DNA of 64,000 nucleotides. It comes from Candidatus Forterrea multitransposorum CG_2015-17_Forterrea_25_41 (lineage in GTDB: Archaea > Iainarchaeota > Iainarchaeia > Iainarchaeales > CSSED10-239). The stretch lies in assembly GCA_009392915.1 (NCBI GenBank), contig CP045477.1:192001-256000 (forward strand), read 5' to 3'. Shown one piece after another: positions 47,301 to 57,200 of this stretch. The notes beneath the pieces are model-generated. The model was not told the DNA's origin, made no database searches, and worked only from the letters and a program-made list of their open reading frames with translations. Positions within the stretch are counted from its first letter, which is position 1; each line of letters starts with the position of its first letter. The position numbers were made by a program, and so were the translations under genes.

Positions 47301-49378
47301 CTTTAAAGATTACTTCTGATTCTTTAGAGTTTGCAAATATTGGTTTTAAGAAAAATAAAGATGATACTCTTCAAGAGTCATTAGATATTAGTGTTATTGC
47401 AAATAAAGATTCTAACTTTTATATGTGTGTAACTCCAAATTCAGAGACTGCTATCTCAAGTCTTGTTGATAAAAAAATAACTGTAACAGCAACAAGTATT
47501 TATTCTGCAAGTGGTAGTATTGGAAATAGAAGCACAACTTCAGAAGTAGCTTTCTCTTCATGTGCAATCACACCTGAAGATTATCTTTTAGGTATTTATT
47601 CAAATATTTTAACTGAAAATAATAAAGCTGAAGATGATAGAATCTTACCTCAAAATTATACAGCTATTGTAGATTGGGATAAACAATATAATCCTGAAGA
47701 AAAAGAAAAATTATGTTCAACTTTACAAAAGATTGTAAATAGTAAAAAGTATAATGGAGAACTTTTCTTTGATTATGAAGTTTTAGGTTGTGAGATTGAA
47801 GATTCTTCACAAGAAAGAGATTCAAGAATAAGTAAAGGATTACATAATGCTGGACAATATTTCTTTTCTTGTTCAGGAGCTTGTGGACTTTGTTATGGTC
47901 TTTCAGGACTTATAATGCCTACACAATTTGTAGGTGCAATTGTTGATTGTTTAGGTTTCTCTTGTTTATTACCTTCATTAAATATATTTGCATCAAATCT
48001 ATCTAATGGAGAAGGTGGAATATCTTGGCTTTTAGATGAATTTTTTGGATTATTATTAAATGATGATGTTAGTTTCTTTTCAAATATTACAAGTGAGATT
48101 GAAACATGGGTAAGTGGTGTTTTAGGTGTTGGAGGAGCTGCAACAAGTGGAGCTTTAAAAGCTAATGCTGCTTCTGCTGCTGTACCTTTAGATCAAGTTA
48201 CTCAAGACTTAGTTTCACAATCTAGTTATGATCCTACAACACAACAAATATTAGATGATTTAGCAAATCCATCAACAACACCTGCTCCTGTAAATCCATC
48301 AACAACTTCTGGTGTAATTAATGGTTCTACTGAATTAAAAAATTTAAATAGTCAATTAAATAATTTAAATAGATATTTAAGTGGTAATGACAATATTAAA
48401 TTACAAACATTTTCAAACCCACAAGAAGCAGGTAGATTTAGTGATATCCTTAGAAAAATGAATCAAACATCTGGATCTAACTTTGATAAATTGAGATCTT
48501 TATCTACTCAAGAGTTTGATGATTTTGTAAATATTCTTGAAAAACAAAATTTTACAGGTAAAAATAGTCATTTATTCAAAAAAGACTTACTTATTAAAAG
48601 ATTAAAAGATGCTAAAGTAAATGATTTCAAATCAGTTTCAGCTGCAACTTCTTCAAGTGCAGCAGCTACATCTAGTAGTGCAGCTTCAGTTGCTGATGAT
48701 TTCTATGATTACCCTAAAGCAGATTATGATCAAGCAATTAAAAATTTTGATAATGATATTAAAATGCTTGATGATTCAATAAGTAATCTTGAAAATCAAA
48801 AAGCAGCAATTGAAACTAATGCAAAAAGATCATCTGCAAATCCTAAAAAAGCACTTCGTTATAAATCAAAAGTTGATGCTCAAATAAAAGCAATAGATAG
48901 TCAACTTGATGAACTTAAAAAAAGTAAAGATGCTCTTTCAAGTGTTAAATCTAAATTTGCTTCAGCTAAAAATGTAAATGGTACTTATAAAGTTCCAACT
49001 TCTGCAATTGATGATTTATCAAATAATATTCCAAAACAAGCAAAACTTAGCAAATTATCTAAATTTGCAAAAATTAAAGGTGTTGCAAAAAGCTTTGGAA
49101 GAGGCCTTCTTTGTGGTGCTACAGGAAATGCTGCAGGAATATATTCTTTAAAAGAAGAAGGTAAAACAGGACTTAATAAATCAATAGAGTTTTTAAGTAA
49201 AAATGATTTTGAGAAAAATATATTCTATGTTTCAGAAGTTGATATGTTATCTCCAGAAAATGATCAAGAATACGAAACAAGATATACAATTAATATAAAA
49301 CCTTATATCTCTCAAGATCAAAGTATTATTTCTTCAATTCCTACAAAAAGAATTGATTCTTGTACTATAGAAGAATAA
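41363..49378 (+). CDS. Giant (2671 aa) membrane-anchored surface protein: conserved N-terminal cytoplasmic motif + single TM, multiple prealbumin/CarboxypepD_reg-like beta-sandwich repeats, Cys-rich hydrophobic segment, Ala/Ser-rich coiled-coil C-terminal region
   Basis: Uninterrupted 8-kb ORF; TM at aa ~60-85 (AFAIVASILLLLIFIIVFLIIFSF); repeated ~80-aa units of type GxAxIxIYxLxDxxxxxxxxTDxxGxxxI; C-terminal coiled coil (DDSISNLENQKAAIETNAKR...). Confidence 0.75.
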   Translation: MVKDKNNLGSNENNENKQNIFSRFYNYLEDKYSSLSNWLTEKGIPLNNLNNYLEEKGLPAFAIVASILLLLIFIIVFLIIFSFSSQSTLIFSVKDYSGLSINDAFLKITNSSGKEIFSGTVNDTDVKKLKLKLGELYSFKSTKDGYPDFSKSITITDKDQKVQITFSESIEYGILRIKLIDRDNKGIITSGTAIARYSINNAPESTENIVNIANEHFITLEVPMNKDIELLVSADGYEDFKETNFRITLENQEKVIEMDISSLSFEGKSQVTFVVLDTEQNPIDGALVSIYNLGDELLDSKNTIDGRALSFIDSGSTISYKVEKEGYRTFVSDPEVSFRITKSEITYNVTLEEGGNFLDVFVKSGSNFLALGDVAITVYDLNNNIINSGNTDDLGNLKLTGLSDKAPIVVTACKEDFLCENLTVDLLEKSSVEFTLERIDVTNSAILSVFVVDEKNLPISKAFIKIYQLLEDDKEVPYNTSLQTDLTGSLSIPLRVGDSFIVYSLVGEVQYFEEITIDALRENKIIFVMDNASKIIKLDLYDENGFKLTSGSLLVKTKDGTVLFDGNLSETDQISFISEGYKDLYAEYTDVNGNKSSINFNADESESDGYIRLDFNKEVNLTDYPVIEFSGIVDSKGVKSNFVTIGKEYYLIFDVLFPENTYKGQVHIRAGDDTQVDVEEMSYGITGFSAMDIYDFKYGTTYNSSPLPGLMNIDLLNEGSSQVLNKWLELKWNSDLPLGNKQIKVKINVIDDSYSKLTFKYRTLFEENKLYYRDPVDSLLNQSYSSSQKGALYADTKEVNIDVYNVPLDCEGSQCLSYTFIDSKGNEFSKNDFYAVRDETYFLKVSLYSLDNKQLDLLAETSKSFPLISFGSFSDNLYQNEIINDNSLFEISRDGFLLSENSLKNIYLSFISKDIGAAYIDLKATDVILGNEILNNRLSFNVYDKKEMNVLVSPSNYVDYGSNFTVDVLDSVSLEPITDAFISFYDVRDTFISSLKPSNSNGRNGKYTITNNFNTSTVKMVVERYGYLPYETEIYIIDNTLLNAIPSEIIFNLGLDQTASTSNFSLENLGNYQATNVRFGEPIWIEGSAGIYLEGRGNPIINKNSTQNYQLLLTTENDVELKTAYAHLPVYASVGPREVTKILNVRINKGLMLNECVEITPSEVSSFVGLNVSSNYADPFNTPFADYDYTSNTSNNPMLAPSQSYSNYEEYLNSSGYNITDSTDNGYTYTDSKNYTYHATSPALNSQITENTTYFTIKNNCSQAITFNPQAVLTSSSSNNNLEVSLANITVLPGEEKVYDVILKNSSELKRKTTYTYNVLWHNNYYSIAPSVLNVDLLDLSRALWVMPQQINIPISQVHPQQAAENYTRFFIKNIGAVPITDIQISQYPKMVSSNIKITEYPRQVSVLEPGKTIPVDLKFSVNINKSTLDNAFIQVTGKAVGISEPITSTTQLVFSISSPNCLKVSNKNINFDLEVGETRARNITITNQCSEPVTIVGIDKKQQGYYQAYGDNSFRITPASGNPIIPVNMSNSYRIEFTANSLGGSPKTPMILQGRLMNSGNPVTSEEVLVSITIDDIMVGEEAERNISILSSLPSCEDPQNINSYNRPLISIKDCSETSGYCDGESSAELILKKVNELQNEIKQFSAQTQSKVIDTGCTLQDAYSGFCKISELGGGIDPVEFSFFMQNDNVTPDLIKSILTKSNYSFKNYFVETNIFNKEIKTINQYSSYGVYAGGNKIFVSPHLSGCGKYTVEIDGYVAASPDYIYPERAYYYINVVEKDTNTIHCEKNIVNYLNYLPWDLSFNKNQRAGTWLTLFTGDENLSKALIKSVGKFKSDEIDLRYVYNKDVLSTRNSTLNVSTGEISENKEALAKISFNDTSLRKSSSPEQIDITLNSLYNSPEGKTSEYAVKDFSKVISSMISDNDYSAKVCISEDKTYMLVLDVISAGDLTFVDKEVSLPLKDGASCSLLKVKSSVPETLKITSDSLEFANIGFKKNKDDTLQESLDISVIANKDSNFYMCVTPNSETAISSLVDKKITVTATSIYSASGSIGNRSTTSEVAFSSCAITPEDYLLGIYSNILTENNKAEDDRILPQNYTAIVDWDKQYNPEEKEKLCSTLQKIVNSKKYNGELFFDYEVLGCEIEDSSQERDSRISKGLHNAGQYFFSCSGACGLCYGLSGLIMPTQFVGAIVDCLGFSCLLPSLNIFASNLSNGEGGISWLLDEFFGLLLNDDVSFFSNITSEIETWVSGVLGVGGAATSGALKANAASAAVPLDQVTQDLVSQSSYDPTTQQILDDLANPSTTPAPVNPSTTSGVINGSTELKNLNSQLNNLNRYLSGNDNIKLQTFSNPQEAGRFSDILRKMNQTSGSNFDKLRSLSTQEFDDFVNILEKQNFTGKNSHLFKKDLLIKRLKDAKVNDFKSVSAATSSSAAATSSSAASVADDFYDYPKADYDQAIKNFDNDIKMLDDSISNLENQKAAIETNAKRSSANPKKALRYKSKVDAQIKAIDSQLDELKKSKDALSSVKSKFASAKNVNGTYKVPTSAIDDLSNNIPKQAKLSKLSKFAKIKGVAKSFGRGLLCGATGNAAGIYSLKEEGKTGLNKSIEFLSKNDFEKNIFYVSEVDMLSPENDQEYETRYTINIKPYISQDQSIISSIPTKRIDSCTIEE

Positions 49379-49487
49379 TTCTTTTCTTTTTTTATTTTTT
49401 TAGTAAAAAGAAATATATAAAAATATAAACATCTTATTTATATTAGTTAATATAATATATTAAAGATATAATTGGTGTTATCTAATC

Positions 49488-51167
49488 ATGTTAAGAAATA
49501 AAAAAGGATTTAATTTATTTACTGCTTTAATCTCATTGATGCTTTTATCAATAACTCTAGTTTTTATTTTTAATATGGTTCAAACTGAAGAAAATTATTT
49601 AGAATTAATAAATAATCAATCTCAAGCTTCTGACCTCTTAACAATTGCAGATATTTCAAGAGCTGATGCTTTTAATAATTTTGTTGTTTCTTTTAGAGAA
49701 CAATGGATGTCTTTTAGAAGTGATCCTCGTTCTGAAATCATACTTAAAAGAAAAGATATTATGCTTGATTGGGATGGTTTTGTAGATTATTTTGCAGATT
49801 ATATTTTCTTTGATAATAGTTTTGAAAATTATTTTGCAGATAATATGGTTAGATCTTTAAATTATACAAATCCACCAACAGGTTATGCAATAAATGTTCC
49901 TAATTATTCTCGTGATGATTTATCTAGTATTATTAAAACAGCTTTTCTTGAAGCTGGAGATGATAAAATAAAAGTTGTAAGTTGTGAAAGAGAAGATGAG
50001 GTTTGTTTAGGTACACTTTATTTTACAATTGATACTAGAAAACTTTCTGCACAAGAATATGAAAAACTTCCAATGATAACTGTTAAAAGAAATGTTGATG
50101 ATGAAGTTATTCAAAGACCAGTTTTTGCAAAAAGAGCATACAGGATATATATTCCCTGGAGAGGTTTTCAAGCTTTAAGGACTGTTAGAAATTTTGCACT
50201 TGATGCTGATCTTGAAAAAGGAGAAACAACAGCTCAAATTATTGAATATTCAAAAGATTCAAGAGGTTTTTTAAACCCCTATATTCATTATACTCTCAAT
50301 AGTGCAAAACTTGGTGTTTGTGATATTGATAGTTGTGCTCTAAGAAAAGATTTATTTAAAACTGTTGAGTTTAATGGGTTTACTGGAGATGCATGTTCTA
50401 ATCCGCCTGGAGTTAGTAATGTTTCTGACAATGGAGGAATTACTGGATCTTTTACTGGAGAAGTTTCTCTTTCTAATAATCATAGTTACAATATTCAAGA
50501 TATAGATGGAACTGTAAAACCTATATATAATGATTTAGTTAAAACAACTATAGAAAACAATTTAGAATATAGAACTGATATAATACATGCAGGAAATAAT
50601 TTGCCATCAATCTCTTCTTCTTCAATTTTAGATGATGAATGTCAAATGTCTTTAACAACTGGAAATTTTTCAATATGTGATATACGTGTAAGACTTCCTT
50701 CTCCAAAAGTTACAAAAGAAGTTATTTCTGTAGGAACTGTTTCAGAATCTTTAAGTAGTTTATCTCAAGTTTCATTCAATCCTTCTGGTAGTTTTAATAA
50801 AGCTTCAAACTTAAGTCTCTCTATTGATGATGATTTAAATATTAATGTTTTTGATCAAGAAAGTACTATTCCTAATGAAACTGATAATCAATATCTATCA
50901 TGTACAACAATTGACTATATTGATTTATTATTTAAATTTGAAGAACAAGATGAAAAGTATATTTTTTCTCAAGATTCTAAAAATATTTATATTTTAATTC
51001 AAGATAGATTTTCAGATTATACTTTCTTTAATTCATTTGGAAGCGTTCCTAACTTTAGTGGAGGATATTTTCAAAAAAGAGAACTTCCTTCATTTACAGG
51101 AGGACAAGGTTGGACTTGTAAAAGTTATGAAGCAAATGAAGATGATGCAGCATGTGTTGCAGGTTAA
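49488..51167 (+). CDS. Pilin-like secreted protein (class III signal peptide), 559 aa
   Basis: N-term MLRNKKG|FNLFTALISLMLLSITLVFIFNMV; remainder hydrophilic with scattered Cys pairs. Confidence 0.6.
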   Translation: MLRNKKGFNLFTALISLMLLSITLVFIFNMVQTEENYLELINNQSQASDLLTIADISRADAFNNFVVSFREQWMSFRSDPRSEIILKRKDIMLDWDGFVDYFADYIFFDNSFENYFADNMVRSLNYTNPPTGYAINVPNYSRDDLSSIIKTAFLEAGDDKIKVVSCEREDEVCLGTLYFTIDTRKLSAQEYEKLPMITVKRNVDDEVIQRPVFAKRAYRIYIPWRGFQALRTVRNFALDADLEKGETTAQIIEYSKDSRGFLNPYIHYTLNSAKLGVCDIDSCALRKDLFKTVEFNGFTGDACSNPPGVSNVSDNGGITGSFTGEVSLSNNHSYNIQDIDGTVKPIYNDLVKTTIENNLEYRTDIIHAGNNLPSISSSSILDDECQMSLTTGNFSICDIRVRLPSPKVTKEVISVGTVSESLSSLSQVSFNPSGSFNKASNLSLSIDDDLNINVFDQESTIPNETDNQYLSCTTIDYIDLLFKFEEQDEKYIFSQDSKNIYILIQDRFSDYTFFNSFGSVPNFSGGYFQKRELPSFTGGQGWTCKSYEANEDDAACVAG

Positions 51168-51297
51168 ATTCACTTTTTAATGTTAATAAAAAGGTATTTA
51201 AATGTATAAGCACTATAATTATATAACAAATAACATAGTTTTTAAAAGATTATGTTATAAAAATATAATATATTATAATATATACGAGAGATGATTT

Positions 51298-54200
51298 ATG
51301 GGTCTTAGATCTTTTTACTTTAAACAAGAAGAAAAATATTTTAATTTTCTAGACAGGATGGAGAAAAAAGGAATTAATCTATACAAAATAATAGATCCTT
51401 TAGAAAAGAATGGTATACCTACTTTTTTAGTATTTAATATATTTATTCTACTTTTAATTTTATTTTTAGTTTATTTATTTGTTGGACAAACTCCATTAAC
51501 TGATGAAAACTACACTTTAACTTTTGTAAATTCTCAAGACCAGCCAATCTCAAATCAAGCAATTGAAATTCTTCTTAATAACAATAGAAAGATTTTAACA
51601 ACTAATGAATTTGGAATTTCAGAAATTACTGATGTTGAAATTAAATCTTATGATTTAGAAATAAGTAGTGAAAAGTATACTCTTGAAAATCCATTAACTT
51701 TAGATTTTAAAGAAAACACTTCTCATAAAATATTTTTAAAATCAAAAACTTCTGTTTTATCAAAAACTATATATTTTAAAACAAATAATGAATTATATAA
51801 TTCTCCATTAACAATTTCAAATATTTCTTGTTCAAATAATTCTCTTTATACAAAAAATAATCTTCAAACAAATGATGGTTCTTTAACTTTAGATGATATT
51901 CCTACAGATTGTGGATATTTAGAAGTTGCTATTGAATCTTCAACAATTAATGCTGTTGGTTCTTTAGAAGTTTCAGAAGACTCTCCTTCTGGAGATATTG
52001 ATTTAAGTTTTGAAGGTGTTGAAACTGGAAGTGCAAAAATAATTATTCTTGATAAAGATTTAAAAGTGCCTATTCAAAACATAAGTATTTCTATTCTTAA
52101 TAATCAAAGTCAAATTGTAACTTCTTCAATAACAAATGCAAATGGTATAGCATCTTTTGAAGAAATAAATGTTGGAACATATAATCTTTTAATCTATGAT
52201 GAAGAAGAAAGATACAAGCCAGTAACTGAAAATGAAAGTTTAGAACTTGTAGTATATGATTCTGTTTTAGAAGAAAAAGAAGTTCTTTTAGAAAAAGCAT
52301 TCATTGGTAAATTAAATTATAAAATTATTGATACTCAAAGTAAAGAAGCTATTGAAAATGTAGCTGTAACAATATACAAAGGAAATGATATTTTAAAAAC
52401 AATTAATTCAAATAAAGAAGGCGATGTTTCTTTTGGTGTTGAAGAAAATATTTCTTATAAAGTTTTATTTAATCATCCTAATTATATAATAAGAACTGAA
52501 AATAATCAAAGAATAAGTGAATCTATTAAACAAATTGCCTTAACTCCAATAACAAATGAAAATTTAAGAAGTTTAGTTATTACTGTTGTTGATGATTTTG
52601 CAAAACCTGTTGATTTTGCAACCATAAGATTATGGGATGATACTGAAGATATTATTCTTAGAACAATAACAGCTGATATTTATGGTAAAGCTGTTTTTAC
52701 AAATTTAGATTTAGGTAAAGAATATAGACTTGATGCAACTAAAGATCAATTTACTTCAAATCCTACAAATCCTTTTAGAATCTCAGAACAAGAAATAACT
52801 GAAGAAACTATAAAGATGAGTATAGGTGAAGGAACTTTTAATATTAATTTAGTTTCTGAGTATGGAGAGTTCTATCAAGGAAATGTATATGTTTATGATG
52901 CAACAAATGATACTTTAATGCAAGATAAAACCACAACAACAAACCAAGATGGTTTTACAATAATAAAGATTAGAGCTGATAAACAAATTTATTTTGTTAT
53001 TGATAATTTAGATTCTAAATTTATAACTCCAAAGTATTCAACAAATGCAAATGAAATAAATACTTTAAATTTTACAATTCCAGGAACTGTTGGGCAAACA
53101 TCTGGTATTGAATTTTTAGGTTTTTATAATGCTGAAGGAGAAAAAATAAATTCAGTGGCTGCAGGTATGCAAGTTACTGCTAAATATTTATTAAATGTTA
53201 CAAAAGAATATTCTAAAGCAGTTGCACATATAAGAACTGGAGAAGTTCCAAGTCCTTTATGTTCTTCAAACACATATAATGTTTTAGAAGATTTAATTTT
53301 TATAAAAGATGTACGTTATGCAAAATCTGATAAGATCGGTTCATTAACTTTTACTCCATGTAATGGAGAAGGTATTGATTTTTCAAATAAAACTTTAAGA
53401 AATGCAAAATGGTTTAATTTAACTTTAAATAATCCAATGCAAGGAAGTTATTTAATTGAAGCAGATGTTGTTGTTTTAGATACAGCTTTTGCAAATCAAG
53501 CTTTAAACTATAGAGCAGAGTTTTATCAAGGTTCAAGTATTATAAGATCACCTGTTGATTCTTCTTATAGTTCTTCAACAAGTAAACAAAATTTATATGC
53601 TCAAGCAAAACAAGTTCAATTATTTTTAGGAACTCAAAATCAATGTACTTCACTTATGTGTTATGCATTTATTATGACAAATACACAAAATAATTTATCT
53701 AGAAATATAATTGATAGTTATAAAGCTAAATTAAATAATGATTATAGACTTTCATTTAGTTTAAATGTTTTAGATGGAAAAATTGCACCAAACTCAATGC
53801 TTGTAATCTCTTCAGGTAGTTCTGTTGATTTAGATGGTTATTCTATTACTTCAGGAACTGGTTCTCTTTTAGTTGGAGAGGATTATGATGGAATTGATTT
53901 AGGTTCTTTAGTTTCAAATGATTTAATAACTGGAGAGCTTGCTTTTAAAGTAATAGATGATGTTTCTGATGTTTTAGACTTTTCAATAGTTTCTAATGGA
54001 GAAGTTGTATTCTCTAAAAAAATATATCTTGAAATTGATCCTGCAAAAGAAATGTTTGTAGAGTTTGTTCCAAGAAAAATTGTTCCTTTTGTTTCAAATG
54101 ATTTACTTGTTGTTGTAACTGATGATTCTAATAATTTTATTTCAAATGCAATTGTTGAACTTTCAATTAATGATAGAAGTTTAACTGTAGGTTCAACTAA

Positions 54201-57200
54201 TCAAGAAGGATTATTTGGTCATGTAATTCCAGCAACTGATCTTGGAGATGTTTTAAAGATTGTTGTAAAGAAAGATGATTATAAAACAGTTAAAACAGAA
54301 ATTGTAATTGATGATAAATTAATCACAACAATTCCTGAAAAAATTGATTTAACAATTGATTCTTCAAAATCAATAAGAGAAGTTTATAATTTTAGTTTAT
54401 ATAATGAATCTTATGTTCCTTTAACAATTGTTTCTGCATCAGCATTTACTGATAATGAATTTGTTGATCTTGATTTAGGTATTGAAGAAAATATCATAAA
54501 TGGTGTTTCTCAAAATGATATTTCTCTAACAGCAACATTAACAGATAAAGGTATTAATCTTTATAATCAACAAACAATTAATACAGAAGTTGCAATTAAA
54601 ATTAAAAGTGAAGAAATGAATAAAACTTGGGTTATTACAGTTCCATTAACTGTTAGAATAGTTTTAGGAAATTCTCTTGATTCTCTTGAATGTTTAAAAG
54701 TTCTACCTCTTGAAGGAACAATTAGAGCTAAATCTCAAGAAACAAAAACTTTAGATTTTACTTTAGAAAACACTTGTACTTCAAAGAATGTTTCTGTTGA
54801 TTTAGGAACTATTAATGCAATGGTTGATTGGGGTAATGAATCTGAAACTGGACTTTTATCAATTGTTGTTTCTGGTAAAGAATATATTTTAGAAAACTTA
54901 ACTGAAACTGAAATATTATCAACTCTTTTAAAGAAATCAAAAACAACTTTACAATTAAAGTTTAAAGCGCATAAAATAGTTTCAGATGTTAAAATACCAA
55001 TTATTTATTTTACTTCAAAGAAAGGAAATATTAATGGTGTTGATGAAGTTAAAACAAGACTTCCCTTAAAAACAATTATTAATGATTATTCAGAATGTAT
55101 TGAGATCCCAAGAGAGACAATTCCTGCTCTTGCATGTAATTGGTATTCTGGACTTAATAACTATGGTAATTATTATGGTGGAGTAAACCAAGGAGGAGCT
55201 TTCAATAATCCTTATTATGGTGGAAATAATTTTAATGCAACATATAATCCTAATAACCAATTTAATTCTAGAAATTACTATCAACAAGGTTCTGGTTATG
55301 TTACACAACAACAAGGTGTTTTTAATCCAAATTATAATTTAGTGGGACAAACAAATTATACAGGAAATCAAAATTCTGTGTTTAACCCTTATAATTTCCC
55401 TTCCTCACAATATCAAAATACTTTTGGAAATTATGATAGTTATAATTTTACATCAGGTTATCCTCAAGGTAACTATGGAAACATGGGTTTTACAAATAAC
55501 ATGAATTGTCCAACAAGACCATTTTATATTAAAAATAATTGTTCTGAAGCTGTTGATATTAAACTTGATTCAATATATGGTTTAACAATTGCAACAGATA
55601 AAGAATTTACAATAGAACCTGGAGATACAGAAGAGATTAGTGTTTTAGGTGGAGAGTCTATGGGTACTTTTAAAATACCTGTAAATGCAAAAGCATCTCT
55701 TGCATCTAATGAAAATTATTCAACAATTGGAGATGTTTTATTTTCTTTAACATTACCAATTAGTTTTATGTCTTCAAATTGTATACAAGTAACTCCTCAA
55801 AAATTAGATTTTTCAAATATTATTGATCCTAACTATCAACTTGTAAAAGTAATTAATACTTGCTTTGCACAAGGATACAGAATAGTTGAAGTTAATTATC
55901 TTGATTTAATTTCACTTGACTTTGATGGTGTATCTTTCTTAAATGTAGGAGATATGCAAGGAAGAATTCAACCAATTAAAGTTGATACTTTAACAAATAC
56001 AACTACAAATGAACCAATGGAAGTTTGGGAAATTGCATTAAGAAGAAATCCTGAAATTGAAAATACTAAGTCTGTAAAAGAGTATATGAATAAATATTCT
56101 GATTATTCTTTAGCTGCTGGTGTTATTTCTTCATTTAGAAAAATATTAATTGATGTTGAAGACGCAGTTAACTTAAAGTTTTCTTTACAAGTTGGACTTC
56201 AACCACCAACAGGACAAGCTTCACTTATCTATAATAATATAGGTATGGAACTTAAGGATAATTTCCAATGGTTAATTTTAGATAATCCTGATAATATAGG
56301 TCTTTTAAAAGATTTATTTGGTGATGAAGCTATTAGTGATGAAGAAATTTCATTTATTGATACTTCTGTAAAATTAACATATACCCTTGATCCTAATAAC
56401 AATGCAGTTATTATTAATGTTCCTGAAGGAGAACTTGCTGCAGATAAATTCACACAAATTGATCAAGACCCTACAAGTAAAAGATGTTTCTATGGATATG
56501 TTAAAGATTTCCCTATAACTGGTATTGTAGATACTTCATATATACAAAACTCTGGTAAATATTATTTAAATAATAAATATGATCCATTAGATGTAAGTCT
56601 TGAATTTATTACTAGAAATAAAAATATCTTTAAATTATGTTTTGAAAGACCAGTTGAATCATTTGATAATATTTTAGCTACAAATGATAATTACAATATC
56701 TTAGATTTATTTAAAACAAGTAAAGATTCTCTTACAAACCAAAACTTTGAGATTTGGAGAATTTTAGATACTACAAATAAAGGTAAATACCAAGGTAGTA
56801 CTTTAATTGGTGTAAAAGCTGATGTTTCAACAAAAGAAGTTGGCTCTAAAGAAGAGGGTGACTCTGGAAAAACTGATCCTTCTCAAACAACAGATGATTC
56901 TTTAGTTTGTCTTGCTCCTGACCTTTCAACAAATCTTGGACATACAGGTTCTAATGTTTATTCTCAATATGGATTTGATAAAATATTACTTGATTACTTA
57001 CCAGAAGATATTACAGATTCTTCTTGTGAAGATTATTTCTGTGATCAAGAACAATTCTATAATTTCTTAACAAAGAAAGCAGATAAATTAAAAGAAGTTA
57101 CTTCAAATAGTAATTATATAAATATTAATGGTATTTATTTTGAAAAAGAAAATAATACTATTAAAGAATCAAAAGTAAAAGTAGATCTTTGTGCAAACGG

